From the NCBI GenBank assembly GCA_016186485.1, contig JACPLN010000001.1, forward strand, positions 18,377 to 82,376: a DNA stretch of 64,000 nucleotides, read 5' to 3'. The notes under the pieces were generated by a model. The model was given only the letters and a program-made list of their open reading frames with translations. It was not told where the DNA came from and did no database searches. Positions 54,069 through 64,000 of the stretch are shown piece after piece. Position 1 is the first letter of the stretch. Every line of letters starts with the position of its first letter. This DNA comes from Candidatus Nealsonbacteria bacterium (GTDB lineage: Bacteria > Patescibacteriota > Minisyncoccia > Minisyncoccales > UBA6532). A program made the position numbers and the translations under genes.

Positions 54069-54697
54069 GCAAAGCAACAGATGTCTTGCTGGACATATTG
54101 TTTCCAAGGATTTGTTTTGGCTGCGGAAGAGAAGGCAAATACGTCTGCGATAAATGCGAGATATTTTTAATTGAGGTTGAGAATAACATCCCGGGCCTAG
54201 TTAGCGTTTGGGAGTACGAGGGCCTGATGGAGAAATTGATTTGGAAGATAAAATTTGATAGAAAATACCATATTTTAGAAGAGTTGGTAGAAAAAGCTTT
54301 GCATAGAATTGAATTAAGTCTTCCGGAAAGCGCATATATCACTTATGTGCCAATGCGAAAGAATAGAGAAAAAGAGCGCGGCTTTAATCAAGCCGCGCTT
54401 ATCGCCCGCCGCTTGGGCCAATTGCTTCCTCGGAGGAAGCAACAGCCCTTTCGGGTTTTGCCTATGCTGAAAAAGGTAATAGATAATAGGTCGCAGGTGG
54501 GATTGAACCCCAAGGAAAGAATAGAAAACGTTAGAGACGCTTTTGCTTTTGAGGGATTATTTGTGCCCGAGAACGTTTTGTTGGTTGACGACGTTTATAC
54601 CACTGGAGCTACCGCTAAAGAATGTGTTAGAGTGTTAAAGAAAGCCGGCGTAAAGAAGGTCTGGATATTTACTCTGGCAAGGAAACTTCAATGTTAA
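54044..54697 (+). CDS. comF: ComF family protein
   Basis: CxxC..CxxC, RGFNQA, LVDDVYTTGAT. Confidence 0.93.
   Translation: MGLRLNILSKATDVLLDILFPRICFGCGREGKYVCDKCEIFLIEVENNIPGLVSVWEYEGLMEKLIWKIKFDRKYHILEELVEKALHRIELSLPESAYITYVPMRKNREKERGFNQAALIARRLGQLLPRRKQQPFRVLPMLKKVIDNRSQVGLNPKERIENVRDAFAFEGLFVPENVLLVDDVYTTGATAKECVRVLKKAGVKKVWIFTLARKLQC
54415..54448. repeat. REP-like palindrome copy 6 inside comF
   Basis: GGGCCAATTGCTTCCTCGGAGGAAGCAACAGCCC. Confidence 0.85.
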
Positions 54698-55569
54698 CCC
54701 AAAAGGAAAGACAAAATTATAGATTGATAAGCGATAAAGACTATCCAAAATTGTTGAAGAAAATTGGCAGCGATGCCCCGAAACAACTTTATTACAAGGG
54801 GAGTTGGGATGAGGGAATTTTTAAAAATTGTTTGGCGGTGGTAGGATCAAGACGTTTAACAAGTTACGGCAAGCAAGTTGCAGAAAGATTGGTGACTGAA
54901 GCGGCGGCAGCTGGCATCACCATAGTTTCCGGATTTATGTACGGAGGCGACGCCGTTGCCCATAAGGCCGCCCTTCGGGCAGGCGGCAGAACAGTTGCAG
55001 TGATGCCCTGCGGGATAGACTTAATACATCCCGAATACCAGGAAGATTTATACAATGAAATTTTAGAGAATAAAAGCCTGATTATTTCAGAGTATGAAGG
55101 GGATATGTTGCCCACAAATTGGACTTATCCCAGAAGGAACAGGATAGTGGCGGGTTTAAGCAAAGCAGTTTTAGTGGTTGAGGCCGGGCTAAAAAGCGGC
55201 TCCTTGATTACCGCTAATTTTGCTAAAAAATTTGGCAGAAAGGTTTTTGCAGTTCCCGGCCCCATAACCAGCGAAGTCTCCAAAGGGACTTTACAGCTAA
55301 TTAAAAATGGGGCTGAAATGGCAATATCTAGTCAAGATATATTGGGACATTATAGAATGAAGGGCCAGGCTGTTTTGTGGCCAAAAGAAATTGGAGGCGA
55401 TGGGCTTGAGGGTAAAATCTTAGAGCGGTTGAGGCTAGAACCAATGGGGGCGGATGACTTAGCCAGGGCATTTGGCATATCTGCCTCGGAGTTAGGGGTG
55501 ACATTATCAATGATGGAGCTTCGGGGATTGGTGCGTCGCGAAGACACAAAATACCACCCCAATTATTAA
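54691..55569 (+). CDS. dprA: DNA-processing protein DprA
   Basis: AVVGSR, IVSG, RNRIVAGLS, SGSLITA, FAVPG. Confidence 0.95.
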   Translation: MLTQKERQNYRLISDKDYPKLLKKIGSDAPKQLYYKGSWDEGIFKNCLAVVGSRRLTSYGKQVAERLVTEAAAAGITIVSGFMYGGDAVAHKAALRAGGRTVAVMPCGIDLIHPEYQEDLYNEILENKSLIISEYEGDMLPTNWTYPRRNRIVAGLSKAVLVVEAGLKSGSLITANFAKKFGRKVFAVPGPITSEVSKGTLQLIKNGAEMAISSQDILGHYRMKGQAVLWPKEIGGDGLEGKILERLRLEPMGADDLARAFGISASELGVTLSMMELRGLVRREDTKYHPNY

Positions 55570-55579
55570 AATCTAGCTC

Positions 55580-56378
55580 GGGCTCATTGCTTCCTCCGAG
55601 GAAGCAATAGCCCTCAAAACTTATGAACGAAAAGAAACGATTTGAAGTAGGAAAAATTTATCATATTTATAATCGGGGAGTTGCGAAGTGTGATATATAT
55701 AGAATGGAGGCTGATGATTGGCGATTCCTCCAAGGGCTTTGTCTATTTAATGATAAGAATAGTGCTGCTAATATACTCTGGCAATTAGAAAAAACGAGAG
55801 GGCGGCTTACTTTAAATGTTTTGAAAAAATACATAAAAGACCAGAAATATGAACGAAAACCATTGGTTCGGATTTTAGCTTATTGCGCAATGCCAAATCA
55901 TTTTCATCTCTTGCTTGAAGAAAGAGAGGAAGGCGGCATCACAAAGTTTATGCAAAAACTCGGAGCAGGCTATGCTCGTTATTTTAATAATAAATATAAT
56001 AGAGTGGGGAGTTTATTCCAAGGAAGATTTAAAGCGGTGCCGGTAGAAAACGAACGTTATTTGCAGTATCTGCTCGTATATATTAATGTGATCAATCCTA
56101 GTCAATTGGCAGAACCTCGTTTTAAGGAGGAGGGCATAAGGGATATGGCAAGCGTTTTACGCTTTGTCGAAGAATATCCTTTTGGTACCCACCAAGAATA
56201 TATTGGTAAGCGAGGATCAATAATAATAGAAAAAGGTGTTCTGGCAGAATTGTTACCCACTCCAGAAATTTATCGAGAATTGGCAGAAGATATTTTAAGA
56301 GAAAAGAGACACATGGAAATTCAACATCTTTGGCTAGAAGAATAGGGCTCGTTGCTTCCTCCGAGGAAGCAATAGCCC
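55580..56378 (+). mobile_element. Y1 (RAYT-like) transposase flanked by REP copies 7 (55580-55613) and 8 (56345-56378)
   Basis: Palindromes directly bracket the gene. Confidence 0.8.
55623..56345 (+). CDS. HUH Y1 transposase (IS200/RAYT-like)
   Basis: YHIYNRG, MPNHFHLL (HUH), GSLFQGRF, YINVINP. Confidence 0.9.
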   Translation: MNEKKRFEVGKIYHIYNRGVAKCDIYRMEADDWRFLQGLCLFNDKNSAANILWQLEKTRGRLTLNVLKKYIKDQKYERKPLVRILAYCAMPNHFHLLLEEREEGGITKFMQKLGAGYARYFNNKYNRVGSLFQGRFKAVPVENERYLQYLLVYINVINPSQLAEPRFKEEGIRDMASVLRFVEEYPFGTHQEYIGKRGSIIIEKGVLAELLPTPEIYRELAEDILREKRHMEIQHLWLEE

Positions 56379-56416
56379 TCAAAATTTATCTGTATTTATT
56401 TGCGCTTTAAGGGAGT

Positions 56417-57949
56417 ATGTTAGTTAAGGTAAAATCAGGAGCAAATAGCGGATTAGAAATGATAGGGGTTGACGTAGAGGTTAATGTGGCAAGCCGCGGC
56501 TTGCCTAGTTTTGATATTGTCGGTTTGCCGGATAAGGCAGTTGCCGAAAGCAGAGAAAGAGTAAAGACAGCTATTCAGAGTTCAAAAATGGAGTTTCCCA
56601 ACAAAAAAATAACAGTCAATCTGGCGCCGGCCGATTTTCCAAAAGAGGGCTCTTGCTACGATTTGCCAATAGCCGCTGCTATTATTTCTGCCGAGCAGGG
56701 ATGCCCGATCCCGGAAAAATCCCTATTTTTTGGTGAGTTGTCGCTGGACGGATCATTGCGCCATACCAAGGGAACGTTTCTTTTAACTCTTTTTGCCAAA
56801 GAGTCCGGTTTAAATAATGTTTTTGTGCCCAAGGATTCTGCCGCAGAAGCCAGCATTATTCGGGGAATAAATGTTTATCCTATAGAATCCCTGAAACAAC
56901 TTTTTAGGTTTTTTGAGGGCAAAGAGGCTGTGGAACCAGCTATTTATCAAAAAGAAGATTTATCCGATACGCCCCCGGAGTTTGATATGGCAGAAATTCT
57001 AGGTCAAGAGCAGGCGAAAAGAGCAATGGAGATAGCCGCAGCCGGCTCCCACAATATTTTACTGGTAGGTTCTCCCGGCACCGGCAAAACAATGCTGGCT
57101 AGGGCCCTGCCAGGGATTTTGCCGCCCCTGAACGAAGAAGAAGCTCTAGAGGTTACTAAAATTTATTCCGCGGCAGGACAGATTCCCCCCGGCGGATCTT
57201 TAATTAGAATTCCGCCATTTAGAACTCCTCACCATACAGCTTCAAGCGTAGGCTTGATTGGCGGGGGGACCAGGCCCCATCCGGGAGAAATTAGTTTGGC
57301 TCACCGCGGCGTGCTTTTTCTTGACGAATTCAACGAATTTCCTCGTTTAGCATTGGAAGCTCTTCGCCAGCCCTTGGAAGACGGCTGTCTGACAATTGCG
57401 AGATCAAAAGAAAGGGTCAGGTATCCTGCCAGATTTATGCTTGTAGCTTCGGCTAATCCTTGTCCTTGCGGCTATCTAAATCATCCTAAGAAGCAATGCC
57501 TTTGTTCTTCTCGCCAAGTAAGGAAATACCAAAAAAGAATTTCCGGACCCCTGCTGGATAGAATAGATTTGCATATAGATATTCCGCCGGTTGATGTCCG
57601 AGAACTCTCGGAAAATCAAAAGGCTTCAGAATTTTTAGAACAATCGGATGTTATTCGCCAAAGAGTCATTAAAGCCAGGCAGATTCAATACCAGAGATTT
57701 TTAGGAGATAATATTTTTACTAATTCCGAAATGAAAAACCCTCATATTAAAAAATACTGTAAATTGCCAAAAGAGGCAGAGCAAGTATTGCAGCAGGCAA
57801 GTATCAAGTTCCAGCTGTCCGCCAGGGCTTATTTGAAAATGATAAAGATTGCCAGGACCATTGCTGATTTGGAGGGGACGCCAGAGATTGGAGTTTCGCA
57901 TATAGCAGAAGCCTTGCAGTACCGTCCTAAAACAGATAAAAACGAATAA
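56417..57949 (+). CDS. comM: YifB/ComM Mg-chelatase-like AAA ATPase
   Basis: VGLPD, NLAPAD, GSPGTGKT, PGEISLAHRGVLFLDE, NPCPCG. Confidence 0.95.
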   Translation: MLVKVKSGANSGLEMIGVDVEVNVASRGLPSFDIVGLPDKAVAESRERVKTAIQSSKMEFPNKKITVNLAPADFPKEGSCYDLPIAAAIISAEQGCPIPEKSLFFGELSLDGSLRHTKGTFLLTLFAKESGLNNVFVPKDSAAEASIIRGINVYPIESLKQLFRFFEGKEAVEPAIYQKEDLSDTPPEFDMAEILGQEQAKRAMEIAAAGSHNILLVGSPGTGKTMLARALPGILPPLNEEEALEVTKIYSAAGQIPPGGSLIRIPPFRTPHHTASSVGLIGGGTRPHPGEISLAHRGVLFLDEFNEFPRLALEALRQPLEDGCLTIARSKERVRYPARFMLVASANPCPCGYLNHPKKQCLCSSRQVRKYQKRISGPLLDRIDLHIDIPPVDVRELSENQKASEFLEQSDVIRQRVIKARQIQYQRFLGDNIFTNSEMKNPHIKKYCKLPKEAEQVLQQASIKFQLSARAYLKMIKIARTIADLEGTPEIGVSHIAEALQYRPKTDKNE

Positions 57950-57950
57950 A

Positions 57951-57985
57951 CGGGCTATTGCTTCCTCCGAGGAAGCAATAGCCCG
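57951..57985. repeat. REP-like palindrome copy 9
   Basis: CGGGCTATTGCTTCCTCCGAGGAAGCAATAGCCCG. Confidence 0.95.
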
Positions 57986-57988
57986 AAC

Positions 57989-58354
57989 ATGGGGATGAAG
58001 GAATTTAATCTTAAAACCGGTCAAACCGGAGAGAGGATTGCCAAAGAATATCTGGAGAAAAATGGGTATAAAATTTTGGAGAAAAACTACAGAAGCAAGT
58101 TTGCCGAGATTGATTTGGTTGCAAAAAAGAGGAACGAACTAATATTCGTAGAAGTAAGAACAAAGAAAGGGGAATTATTTGGCACGCCGGAAGATTCTTT
58201 AAACAAAAAGAAACTTAATAAATTATGGTGGAATGCCAAATCTTACGCCTCAAGGATCGGGTGGTCGGGACCATACAGGATAGATGCCGTTTGCGTAGTC
58301 TTAAAGCCAGACGGCGTTTTAGAGCGAATAAGCCATCACGAAAATATAATCTAA
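57989..58354 (+). CDS. yraN: YraN family putative nuclease
   Basis: GE..A..YL, EIDLVA, FVEVRT, RIDAV. Confidence 0.92.
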   Translation: MGMKEFNLKTGQTGERIAKEYLEKNGYKILEKNYRSKFAEIDLVAKKRNELIFVEVRTKKGELFGTPEDSLNKKKLNKLWWNAKSYASRIGWSGPYRIDAVCVVLKPDGVLERISHHENII

Positions 58355-58417
58355 TTTTTAAATTGGCTAAATCTAAGCATAAGCTCTCTGGGGGGAGCCC
58401 TTTTATTTTAGGAAAAG

Positions 58418-58426
58418 TTATCCACA
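58418..58426 (+). promoter_or_regulatory. DnaA-box consensus upstream of a TTGACA promoter
   Basis: TTATCCACA, single copy. Confidence 0.4.
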
Positions 58427-58641
58427 GAGGGCATTATTGACAGCCATCTATTATCAGCCGATAATATACTAATCTATCCGATCTCTTATCGGATAGAATA
58501 TGGGGATAATAAGCGTAAAATAAAAAAGAAGACCCCCATATTTACCCAACTTCATAGCTTGCAAAAAATTATAAAGAAGGGCGATTTTTATTTGGGGATC
58601 TTCTATTATATTTTAGCTTACTGATAATTGTTTGTCAAATT

Positions 58642-61600
58642 ATGCCAAAAAGAATGGAAAAAAAATCAGTGCCAAAGGACAGAGGCCGGCTGAAGCCCGA
58701 TCCGGCCTATGTTTCGCTGGCTGAACTAGCTAAAAACTCCCCCTACTCTCAGGAATACTTAAGCTTATTAGCAAGGCGAGGCAAATTACAGGCAAAAAAA
58801 TTTGGCAGGAATTGGTATGCCGCAAGGGAAGCTCTTGACGGATATTTAGCCCACCAGGGGCTAAATATTGTTTTACCAAAGCATCTTTTTAATGCTTCTT
58901 ACAAAGGGAAGATTACAAAACCATTTGACGCTCTTTCTTTTGAGGGACAAATTAGGAATGGAGAAGTAGAACCGAATGTAATTTTAACCCAATTCGGAGA
59001 TCCCCAAGAGCCGATAGACCTTGGGGGCACAAGAGAAAGGTGGGCAGAAAGAATAAAAGAAAAAGAACAGGTATCAGAACCAGTAAAGCCCGAAGAAAAA
59101 GCTAAAGAAGAGCTAAAATCCGAAGAAATACTCAAAATTGAACCCTATCGGATAAGGACAATGCGTAAAGATATAATGGCTTTAACTGGAGGGGGTGTGC
59201 CTAAAAAAGAATACAAGGCTCAAAAACCAGAAACAACTCCTAAGGTTGTTTCCAAAGAGCCTGTCCGCCCAGAGCAAATACCTCTTCCGATAGGGGGGGC
59301 GGCAAAGAAAATAATTCCAGAAAAAGAGGTTTTGGCCACAGAAAGAAAACAGGCTCCAGAAAAGGAAGAGACGATAAAAGAAATGCCCATAGAAGACAGG
59401 GTTTTGGATAAATTGCTTCAGGCCTTGGAAGCCAGGATTCCTCCCAGGGGGCCTTTTGAGAAATTAGCGCAGATTAATGGAGCGGCAAACCATTATTTCC
59501 GTTCCTCTTTCAAGGTTCTTGCCGTATCTGTTGTTGCTATTGTTGTAATGTTTCTTTTAATAGGAGGAGTGAGCTTTGGCAACGTTGATAAAATGATGCT
59601 CGCCGTCAACAGCTTTTTAAAGGACGCTACCACCCTTCGGGGGCATTTTGCCGGTACTCACGCAAACGAAGTTCTGCTTTTGGATAAAGAAGGCAAAATA
59701 TCAATTTACGGCCACGTTGAAACAAGGGGTCAGCTGCGCTCTTTTGTTGAACAGGGAGTGGCGCCCCTTGTCGTAGATTCCACCACGACTGTTGAAAATT
59801 TGAGCGCCGACTACCTTGATAATTTATCAAGCAAAGATTTTACCTTGGCCTTTGTAACAAAGAACGGAAATATCACCTATGAGGACGTAAAACTTGAGGG
59901 AAACGTAGAGGTGGGGAAAACTCTTGTCGTTAAGGGAGCGGCAAAACTTTTAGATAGCCTTTTTGTCTACGGCACCATAGGGACTTTCGGCGACATTATC
60001 GGAAAGGGAAACCTAACAATCGGCGGCGCGGCAAAGCTTGTTGGCCCTCTTTTGGCTCTTGGCGGCGTTGAAACCAAAGGCGCAAATCTTAATTTGGGTT
60101 CGGGCACAATTTCAACTACAAACAGAAATTTGGTGCAAAATCTCAACGCCGATATGGTGGATTCCATGAATGCCGATGACTTTACACTGGATTTCGTTAC
60201 CTCTAACGGAGCCAATACTTTCAACACTATTTCCGTTTCAGGAATTAATGTCAATAAACACTTGGCTGTATACGGAACCTTTCTATTGGGCGACGAAAGG
60301 CTGGTGGGCGCGGTGGACACGAAATATTGGGATATTAGCGCTACCGGCAACATTAACACCGAGGGGACATTAATCGTTAAGGGAAACTCTACCTTTAGGG
60401 GAGAACCCGGGGCAGCCATAGCTTCAGCCACCTCTTATATCAATCCTTCTTCAGCGCCCTCAAACACAATACTTTTAGGAGTGGCTGTTAACGGTTCAGA
60501 AAAGTTAAGGATAGACGCAGAGGGCGATCTTACTGCCCAGGGTTCAATAACCGCTTCCGGCGCCCTGACAGTCAGCGGGGCCACAACTTTTAACAGCGAC
60601 GTTACCCTGGCTTCTCCGGCAGATTTAATCCTTAACGCCGGCAGCTTAACAGTTAACGCCCTTTCGGCTCCTTCCGGCGTTTCGGCCCAAGCCACCACTA
60701 CCGGCTCTCTGGCTTCGGGCACGTATTATTACGTTGTGACCTCTCTCAACAGCAACGGCGAAACAAGCAGTTCTACCGAAGTTTCAGCGGCAGTAGACGG
60801 CTCCACCACTACGGCGGTAAATATTTCCTGGAGCTCGGTAACGAGCGCCACAAGCTATAGGGTTTACGGCAGAACGCAAGGAGCTCAAGACCGATACTGG
60901 CAAACCACCTCCGCATCTTTTAAAGATACGGGGACTGCGGGAACCGCGGCCGCGGTGCCGTCAAGCAACAGCACCGGAGGATCGGGAACTTTTTACAGCG
61001 GCCTTACGGTTTTGGGCACAACGATTTCCCGCAGCATTGTTCCCCAATCAGCCGCTTTTTACAACCTAGGTTCGCCCGGCCTCTGGTGGGACAATATATA
61101 TGTAAGCGCAATTTTAGCGACCTCAACAGTTTTCCTAGGAAACGCAACCACCACCAATATTTATCCTTCCGCAGATATTTCTTATTTTCTTGGGTCTCCC
61201 AGTTTTCGCTGGGCAAACACATATTCAGTCACCACTACTATCGGAGGCGCGGGAGGCGCAATAACAATAGACAATGACGATATCAGGGCTTCAAGCGGTC
61301 TGACTGTTTCTTCCACCGAAATTATGTTTTCTGCTTCTACGGGCAAGTTGTCAGCCACCTCCTCCCAAGATATTTATTTTGCGACAGCCGGCGCGGAAAG
61401 ATTTAGGATTGGATCCTCCGGCCAGGTTACCATTTCAGGGAACGTTGACGCTACTTCAGGTCTGGATGTGACAGGAGCCAAGCTCACTGCCACCACCACG
61501 GAAATCACCGCCACTGACGCAGCCAACGTTTTGACAATTACCCAAAGGGGTTTGGGAAGAATAGCTCTGGCAACTTCAACTTCTTCAATGACCTCCTCGG

Positions 61601-64000
61601 CTTTCCAGATTACCAACCTTGGATCCGGCAACTCATTTTTGGTTGAAGACGCAGACACAGATGCTTCGCCATTTGTCATTGACGCTTCAGGTAAAGTCGG
61701 CATTGCCTCTTCCACGCCCACAGCCGCCTTAGAGGTAGGAGGGAATATATATACCACAGGAGATATTACCCTTTCTGGGAATCTTTTGCCTTCCACTCCC
61801 AGAAATAAAGATATAGGTTCTGTTGCGGTTGACTGGCAGAATGTTTACGCCCAAAACGTTTATGCAGACAACATTTTGGCCACCACTTCCACTTTAGCCG
61901 GAACCCAGGGAGAAACCTGGACTATAAATACCGATGCTGCGTCCGACGCCACTTCAACCTTAAGGTTTTATCGGGGAACAGATGCTCCCCATGCTTTATT
62001 GGCTTGGGATGCGGGATATGATCGCTTCAGCTTTAACTTCCCATTCTTTGTAAATAACTCCGCCACCTCTACTTTTGCCGGTCCAATAGCCCAAAACTCT
62101 GGAAATATGACAATTGGGTCAGCTATAGGAAACCTCTTATTAAATCCTTATGGCGGTAACGTCGGCATCGGGACGACGACACCCTCTTCTCTGCTTGAGA
62201 TTTGGACGAGCACGGCCGGGATCAACCTTCTGGAAATCGGAACTTCCACGGCAAGCAATCTTTTCGTCGTCGATTCCTCCGGCCGTCTTGTTTTCGGCGG
62301 GGACACCAACCTCTACCGTTCCTCTGCCAACGTTCTCAAGACAGACGACGGATTTATCGCTTTCGCTTCCTCAACGATTGTTGGGGATTTCTCAGCTGGA
62401 GCTAGCGGAGTACCAACGCTTTTCGTTGACGACGGAGGCAACGTCGGCATCGCTTCTTCAACGCCGTCAGCAACCCTTTCCATACAGGGAAACGTAATCA
62501 GTTCAGGAAACTTCACTTTCTACGGTTCCGGAACAAACACATTCTCGGGCCAGATATACTTTATCCGGAGCATCCACCACCACAGGCAGAGCCTACTTCG
62601 GAGAATATATTGGCATAGGAGACAACTCTCCTGATTTTGCCTTGGAAATCGCAGCTTCAACAACCAATGGCTACTTCGCTGTTTCTGGTTATCCGGGAGG
62701 CGACGGAGACAAGTTTGTAATTAACGGTTCAGGCAACGTGGGCATTGCCTCAACCACTCCCTCCACCGCTCTATCGGTCCAGGGAAACATCTGGGGTTCG
62801 GGAGACGTCAGATTCTTTGGAACTTCTGCCACCACTACAATCAGCGGAGGCCTGATAGTCGGCACCAACACTCTCTGGGCTCCGGCAGGAGGCAACATTG
62901 GAATTGGAACCGCTGTTCCAACCTACACCTTAGATGTTTCAGGAACTGGCAGATACGCAACCTCTCTGAATGTGGCAGGAACTGCCACCACAACCGGAAC
63001 TTCGCTGGCTTTTGCAGGACTTGGCACTGTCAGCTCAACTGACAATCTCCTCTTAATGAGTAATCGGAATCTCTCAGTCACTTCCACCAACAACATCTTA
63101 TTCGGCACAGGCATTGCCGGAGCCGAACGTATGAGAATTGATTCTTCAGGCAACGTAGGCATAGGGACATTAGCCCCAGACAATCTGCTTGATATTTCTA
63201 AAGCAAACGGAGGGGCTTTGGCCGCCGACGTCTTCCTCACCATTACCCAGGCTTCAACAACCGCAGCAGCCGACCCTTATCTTGTTTTTGAAATAGGTGA
63301 AGACGCTGCGACCAGAGGCTGGAGGCTGGGAATAGACGACTCCGATTCAGACAGCTTTAAGATAGGAACAGGAGCTTTCAGCTCCAATGATATCTTAACC
63401 CTAGACACTTCAGGCAGGCTGGGTCTTGCAACCTCCACCCCCGTTTCTTTGTTATCCGTTCACGCTTCAACAACCGATTTTGCTATGACCTTGCGTCAAG
63501 CCAATGAAGCCACTTCCGGAGGACTGTTACATATATACAAGCCGGGAACAGATATACTTACGATCTTAAACAATGGCAACGTGGGAATTGCTAGTTCAAC
63601 ACCCGGCGCTGTTTTATCGGTGGGAGGGGACGTTCTTATTGGAAGCGGTTCCACAATATATGCTAAAAACCTGAGACCCGTGGCTGACAACGCAGGCAGC
63701 TTGGGTTCTTCCAGTTTGCGTTATCAGTCTGTTGAACTTGATACGGTTACCGGTTTAAGGCTTTGGAATTCTGCGGGAGACGCCAACGCCTTGGCTCAAC
63801 TGACAGGAACTAGCCTGAACTTTGGAGCAGGCGGAGGCACGGCCCTAGACACCAACCTCTACCGCTCCTCTGCCAACGTTCTCAAGACCGACGACGGATT
63901 TATCGCTTTCGCTTCCTCAACGATTGTTGGAGATTTCTCAGCTGGAGCTAGCGGAGTCCCCACGCTTTTCGTTGACGACGGAGGCAACGTCGGCATCGCT
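58642..64000 (+). CDS. Giant membrane-anchored surface protein (N-terminal HTH, TM, GNVGI-type repeats); +1 frameshift at ~62557; runs off the window
   Basis: Frame 1 to ~62556; frame 2 resumes LSGASTTTG... and appears open to 64000. Confidence 0.8.
62302..62454 (+). repeat. Intragenic direct repeat with 63848-64000
   Basis: At least 153 bp near-identical; differences are synonymous. Confidence 0.9.

Noticed and set aside
58418..58426. Replication origin
   Set aside because: Only one perfect DnaA box, no cluster and no dnaA nearby.
62302..64000. DGR template/variable repeat pair
   Set aside because: No reverse transcriptase in the window; differences are synonymous and not restricted to adenines.

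Overview
64 kb of a small, AT-rich bacterial genome. Gene content and style point to Patescibacteria/Parcubacteria (inference); TGA is used as stop. The backbone carries housekeeping genes (pnp, rpsO, cca, nusA, hppA, tig, clpP, rny, HU, ligA, rodA), 12 tRNAs, a type IV pilus cluster and a competence block (comF-dprA-comM-yraN). A Y1/RAYT-type transposase in that block is flanked by a ~33-bp palindrome that occurs 9 times in the window. The main observation is at the 3' ends of tRNA-His and tRNA-Gly. A ~10.8-kb serine-integrase island with terminase-small-subunit-like genes sits at tRNA-His. Its att core (ACCC) lies inside the integrase 3' end, so excision would restore an in-frame tail (...NPVLG-NWVDDVRTCFVGSLS). 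Degenerate copies of this tail, each abutting a short copy of the tRNA 3' end, recur every ~0.35-0.7 kb after both tRNAs. They separate single-gene units, most with their own promoter and terminator, which looks like an integron-like array of minimal cassettes accreted by a serine recombinase. Also seen: palindromes inserted in frame in conserved genes, several structured-RNA candidates, a 14-aa CxxCGC peptide and three single-base frameshifts that may be assembly errors. All product calls come from motif recognition, not database searches.
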